This document shows positions 59,017 through 64,000 of a stretch of 64,000 nt of DNA, piece by piece (position 1 is the stretch's first letter; each line of letters opens with the position of its first letter). Position numbers and translations under genes: made by a program. Location: assembly GCA_000092065.1 (NCBI GenBank), contig CP000582.1, one strand, 5' to 3'. Below the pieces are notes generated by a model. The model had not been told where the DNA came from and did not search any database. It saw nothing but the letters and a program-made list of their open reading frames with translations. The DNA is from Ostreococcus lucimarinus (Eukaryota).

Positions 59017-60099
59017 CTAGACGGGCTTCTGAACTAGACCAGCGGCACTATCCCACGCCGACGCGCTCATCACGTCCGCGATCGCGTTTGATTCGCGCTC
59101 AATAACTTTATCAACGATTCCGTATTCAATCGCGTCCTTAGCCGTCATGTACAACGGGCGTTGCATATCCTATTCGCAAGAAATTTTAATAATGAACGAA
59201 AATCATTGTAGCGAAAAGCTCACCTTATCTAACTTGGCCACTGAATGACCTGTTGTCTGACTGAGAATATCCAACAGAGACTTCTTCTGAGCAAGTGTTT
59301 CGCGCCACTTGATGTTTAGTTCGGTAGCCTGTCGCTCTCCAGTCGAAGGTACGCGAGGTTGGTGCAACATTGCTGTCGCATGAGGTGTCATGTACCTTTT
59401 ACCTTTATCACCTGCAGATAGAAGCATGCATGCTTGCCCTATTGCAACACCGGTACCAACTGTATAAATCTATATCTATGTGAGAAAAGTCGTTAAAAAC
59501 GAAATTAAGACCTCACCTCATTGCCAATATACTTCATCGTGTCGAAAATTGCGGTGGCTTCGGTTTCAAAACCGACAACCTCGCCATCGGCGCGGGTACA
59601 ACCAGTCGAGTTGATGTAGATGTAGCACGGCTTCTTTTGATCGGTGTATTGAAGATACAGGAGTTCTGACACAATGAGCTCAGTAACAGCAGGAACAAGC
59701 TATCAATAATGCGTAGTTAGTTTCCCAATTCAAGTTATTGAACATGTATCTCACCGGCATGCCTATGTAGACGATTCGGCTGTCCAGAAGCAAGGAGGGG
59801 AGGTCAGGTGGCGGTGTTTTTGGTTTGTGTTCACTATACGAGGTCCCCGGATTCGCGCTAGCCGGTGAGTTTGAAGCTTGTGGACTTGCATAAGCATTAC
59901 TGATGGCCGCCCCCGGTCTTCCGTGCGCGTGGATGGTCCGAGGGCGACGTCGCGACGTCGTCGTTACACGTTCAAGGTGCTGGGGAGCTGTTTTCGCTCC
60001 CACTCGCCTGTTGGCGGCAGATCGCAAGTGGTCTCCGTGCGCGACGCGGGCAGCACGCGCAGAGCAAGTGACAGATGAAACCACGTAAGTGGATTTCAT
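59017..60099 (-). CDS. clpP: ATP-dependent Clp protease proteolytic subunit (ClpP paralogue 2) with a long N-terminal presequence, multi-exon.
   Basis: Minus-strand exons: an ~80-aa S/T/R/A-rich extension, then PPDLPSLLLDSRIVYIGMPV (ORF 59680..60099), LVPAVTELIVSELLYLQYTDQKKP.YINSTG (about 59520-59700), MLLSAGDKGKRYMTPHATAMLHQPRVPSTGERQATELNIKWRETLAQKKSLLDILSQTTGHS (59203..59427), and the C-terminal RPLYMTAKDAIEYGIVDKVIERES.. with a stop near 59017. Confidence 0.75.
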
Positions 60100-60352
60100 G
60101 CTTTACGCCTGTTCAATAGTGCTGGGCGCGCGTTTCGAGAGTATCGAACCAAGCAAAGAGAAAGAAACCTATGATAAGCCGATATTATTTTTTAGGTGTT
60201 TGTTCTTAGTGAAATGTATATATATCATATGATATCATGTCATGTCCCGTCGGATATATAAAGTACTAGGTAGAAAGCATATATTTCTGTAAGTACTTAC
60301 TCGCTCTGCGCAGGGCGCTCCAAAACGCCTGTAACGCGTTTACTCGCCGCAC

Positions 60353-60928
60353 ATGACGCGACCCTCGAACGACTATTGCGAACAGATTGTGCACGTCGAT
60401 GCCTTCGCGCAGCAAGTCAACGTGTGCCGTAGCGCGAATGTGGAACTAGTATCTTTAGGCTTACGACGGCAGGTTAGGGATACGACATACACACGCTCGG
60501 TATCAGGTGTTCGCAGCTCGCAGCTTATGTTGACGAAATCTTTCGTACCCGCGAAAGGCACGACGTTTGTCTATCAACGGGAAAATGTGATAAAAACTCC
60601 ATCTCTGACTGCTGGTCGATCGTCCAGCGACCATCCGATAATAGAATCACACACACTGAAGAGAACACCTGATGCTTATATCGAACAAATTATAGCTGTC
60701 ATCGATGCTCTGGTTCCTGGAGCACGTGAAAACACTCGAATCCCGTTATTACAACTTGGTGCCGATTCACTTACGCTCGCGGAAGCAAGTGTAAAAATTA
60801 ATACACTTACGGGGGTGTCGCTGTCGGTTTTTGACATGCTTGATTTCAAGACACTGGCAGGCATACTTGAGAACACGTTTTCAAGTTCGTGTCAATTAGG
60901 AAGTGTGACCTGCATTACCAGTGTGTAA
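60353..60928 (+). CDS. Protein with a C-terminal phosphopantetheine-binding (acyl/peptidyl carrier, PP-binding) domain.
   Basis: LLQLGADSLTLAEASVKINTLTGVSLSVFDMLDFKTL fits the PP-binding LGxDS(L/I) serine attachment motif in a helical context. The N-terminal 120 aa are unassigned. Confidence 0.35.
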   Translation: MTRPSNDYCEQIVHVDAFAQQVNVCRSANVELVSLGLRRQVRDTTYTRSVSGVRSSQLMLTKSFVPAKGTTFVYQRENVIKTPSLTAGRSSSDHPIIESHTLKRTPDAYIEQIIAVIDALVPGARENTRIPLLQLGADSLTLAEASVKINTLTGVSLSVFDMLDFKTLAGILENTFSSSCQLGSVTCITSV

Positions 60929-62898
60929 ATTATCTAATCTAAGAGAGTTTTTTCCCAATCATCCCTGTAAGGATATCTAAACTATTACCATCTGGATGGA
61001 GTTCGAACGTGTTTCCCTGACGATCGACTGTTTACGCAGTAAGATTTGTGAGTTCTAGGTTGTTGTCACATTTCACCTGCAAACAGAAAACCTGCATCTG
61101 TGAGACCAGTGACAGTGACCGAAATCATCGCGCCCGAAGAATCTGAGTTAAAAATCGAAAGTTGTGCTTCATCGTGTAGCCAGTGAGCCGTGTATTCTGC
61201 CTACAAATACATAAGCAAGAGTCCTGGACATTCTACATTTCATACCCGTATGGCGCAGAAACCGTTTCTTTGCAATTTGTCATGTAGACTTTCAAAGTGA
61301 GCTAAACCGGGGTAAGCAAAGATATTTCCTCGTTTGGAGCGGACTGACCCAGAATTTTAGGAACGAGCGCCTCTCTCTTCAATTTCTACACAGTATGAGT
61401 AAACTCCCAAAGCATACGTTAGCAACGCACTACGCTGAACTTCTCAGTGGATGGTTCTTGAACACCCCCACGCTTTGTGCCATCAAAAGTCGAGAAGAAT
61501 AGAGCGTTCTCATTAATCAGGCTGTTAAGGCACACACTAGGCGACTAGCGACCGATAAGATATTCTTCTTTTTGTCGAAATAAAAGAAATAAAACTTACA
61601 GAGTTGTCAAGATTGAGGCCGATACCTATCACTACGCTGAAGGAATTTTCACGATAAATGGCTTTGCATAGAACACCACCAATCTACGTTCGAAGCTTAA
61701 AGTATATAGAAGAAGGTCTAAGTGTCCCTATACCTTGTTCAACTTATAATAAATATCATTTGGCCACTTGATCCGTATACCCAGCGACTTGTACTGTGAG
61801 CAACCAGCAGCAGTACAAGACTCCTCAATCGCCTAAGCGCAGCAGTGATCAAACAAGAAGGAATGTTCTGAGTGCACACAAACCTTAACGACCGCTAATG
61901 TCGATATGTACTGTAGAAGAGGGATTTCGGCAGCAGCCCTGTCGTTCCAAGTCACACACATAAATACTTTGATTTATTTGCACGCACAAACTAGTTTCAC
62001 ATGTAAAGGAAAACGTCAAGCAACCGTACGGTGACTGCCAGACATTTGTGCTGAATATGCGTGAGGATTCGGTACGATGAACGAACGGCGTCTAAATACC
62101 CTCGACCTTGGCCCGCAGTCTGCTCATCACTGACGCATACAGTCCCAGACGGGAAAGACTCAAACTCCCTGATTATCAAGTGAGAAAAAGCACAAAACTG
62201 TAAATTGAGACGCGCACTTGAGCAAAAAGTCGCTCGTGCTACCCAACTTTCCCGATCGCAGCAAAATAGCCCCAAGGTGTCGAGTTTGAAGCTTGGAAAA
62301 GAATTCTAACTCGTTGAAAGTGCCTGCTAGATTTGATGGGCTCTCGAGCACACGTACTCGACTACAAAAGCATGCGTTAACGAATATGTGATGTTTCGAA
62401 CACGCATATTTCAATACCTCGCGGCGATTGGCTTTTGACCAAGCCGCTCTTTCACCTTTGGGAGCATCTAAACGAAGTTCAACGATAAAGCGCGTGGCTT
62501 CGAAGAAATTGTACCGAAGGATTCCGAACGCACAGCTCCACCGCATGCATTGCAGATGTTCCATCAACCCTCATGTACTTCAGCGGGGTTCACACGCCAA
62601 TTCGCGTCGAATTGCGAACGCGTGACTCGGTCAGGTCGCGCGCCGGCGACACACAACTCAGCGGTGCGCAACTCGGCTAAATGTCGGTTTATACCCACTG
62701 AATTATGAGGATATAATATCATATACACACATACCGATGCCTATCTGTACATTGCATGATTTTTTCCATCCTCACACAAGACGCGGGCGTTCTCACGACG
62801 CACGCGGACACGAGCACTTGTTGTCACACGTCGCGCGGCAGCGGCTCCATCGATACGATTGCGCCACTACAGGCCTGTCGGGATCCGGTACAGCTGCC

Positions 62899-64000
62899 AT
62901 GAGCTCGCACGATTCTAGATACTTCTCCAGTCATAAGAAAGGTAACTGTGGGCAGGCTTCACTGAGAAGTGAAAAGTATTGAAGTGACAGTTCCCCCTCA
63001 GGCGAAATAGCAGAGTGGCGCCAAGACTTGAAAAGAAATGACAGAGATCTTTTAAAGACGACGGTAAAGAGAAGTACGATCATTTAATCTCTAACTTGAA
63101 CACCTATCAACTAAATATCGCAGTTATTGCTGCTATGACGGTCGGGAAGGACGTATGTTCACTGTTTCCAGACGTCATCAATTGCATGCAGACTGAAGAC
63201 ATAGAGTTGAAAAAGCTCATTTACTTATACTCGATCAATTACGCACGGTCTAACCCTGATCTTGCTATACTCGCGGTGAATACATTCGTAAAGGTAAAAA
63301 GACAAGTCGACATACTTTTCTAGCCTAAAATCTTTGATTATAGGACAGTCAAGATCCCAACCCGCTCATACGGGCTCTTGCTGTGCGGACGATGGGCTGT
63401 ATACGGGTTGACAGGATCGTAGAATATTTATGCGATCCATTGCATCTAGCATTACGGGTACGCACGTACTCGTTTCACGTATTTTCTGAAGTTGACGTCT
63501 TTCAGGACTCTGATCCATACGTCCGAAAAACTGCGGCCATATGCGTAGCGAAGTTATATAGCATAAATAGAGAGCTCGTTATCGACAGGTTTGTCTGCGA
63601 AAGACCGTCTGCTGTGATGACTTACGATGTTTGGACGTCTTAGAGGATTTCTACAGCAGTTAAACGGCTTGCTGCTTGATGACAACCCCATGGTAATGGC
63701 AAACTCCATTGCGGCACTTGTCGAAATTCAGAAAGGGAGCTGTGCGCAAATAATCGACTCAAGTCTGCTTTCTAGAGTTTTTACTTCACTCGAAGCGTGC
63801 ACTGAGTAAGATTACATGTCTATTCGTTTCAAATCACTTTGTTGATTCTTCGTTGTAGGTGGGGGAAAGTGACTATCCTTGACTGTTTGGCGGCGTATGA
63901 GAGTACAAGTGCTACGGAGGCCGAACACATACTTGAAAGTATCTTGCCAAAGCTTCAGCATGCCAACTATGCCGTAGTACTCGCATGCATACGAGTGATT
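62899..64000 (+). CDS. Adaptor protein complex beta subunit (beta-adaptin, AP-1/AP-2 type), multi-exon. It continues beyond the window end.
   Basis: Exon 1 reads [15 protein letters not shown] (ATG about 62899, GTAACT donor). Exon 2 reads [21 protein letters not shown]. Exon 3 (about 63131-63293) reads [57 protein letters not shown]. Further exons read [83 protein letters not shown] and ..[14 protein letters not shown]. All are closely colinear with the beta-adaptin N-terminal trunk. Confidence 0.85.

Overview
This window is eukaryotic nuclear DNA, not a prokaryotic island. It is gene-dense, about one protein gene per 1.8 kb on both strands. Many genes are interrupted by very short GT-AG introns of roughly 45-80 nt, with GTAAGT/GTACGT/GTATGT-type donors and pyrimidine-rich CAG/TAG acceptors, so the six-frame ORF track often fragments real genes or reads straight through in-frame introns. 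Recognisable products are mostly housekeeping. Translation and RNA: eIF2-alpha, eIF3c, NAC-beta, a DEAD-box helicase, CAF1, an RNA polymerase III RPC3-like protein, a TAF4-like protein, a UTP18-like WD40 protein and bL17. Membrane traffic and ER: BiP ending in HDEL, SRP receptor alpha, AP mu and beta subunits, coatomer zeta, a NECAP-like protein and an SMP-domain lipid-transfer protein. Cell cycle: NDC80-like and E2F. Metabolism and organelles: a bacterial-type aconitase B with a presequence, ATP synthase beta, DXS, a DUF212 protein, Glu-tRNA amidotransferase A, two ClpP paralogues, a deoxynucleoside kinase, an asparagine-synthetase-domain protein, a PEX6-like AAA ATPase, a GPN-loop GTPase, PTPA and an ABHD13-like hydrolase. 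Several predicted proteins (DXS, DUF212, the second ClpP, GatA) have S/T/R/A-rich N-terminal extensions without a signal peptide. Together with DXS this suggests a plastid-bearing host, possibly with a primary plastid, but that is inference. The non-genic highlights are two short non-autonomous DNA-transposon (MITE-like) families, each seen twice. One has ~88-bp terminal inverted repeats and an apparent 9-bp target-site duplication. The other has ~26-bp TIRs and sits in intergenic spacers. I found no CRISPR array and no confident rRNA, tRNA or defence-system genes. All coordinates I derived myself, rather than took from the ORF track, are approximate to within a few bases.
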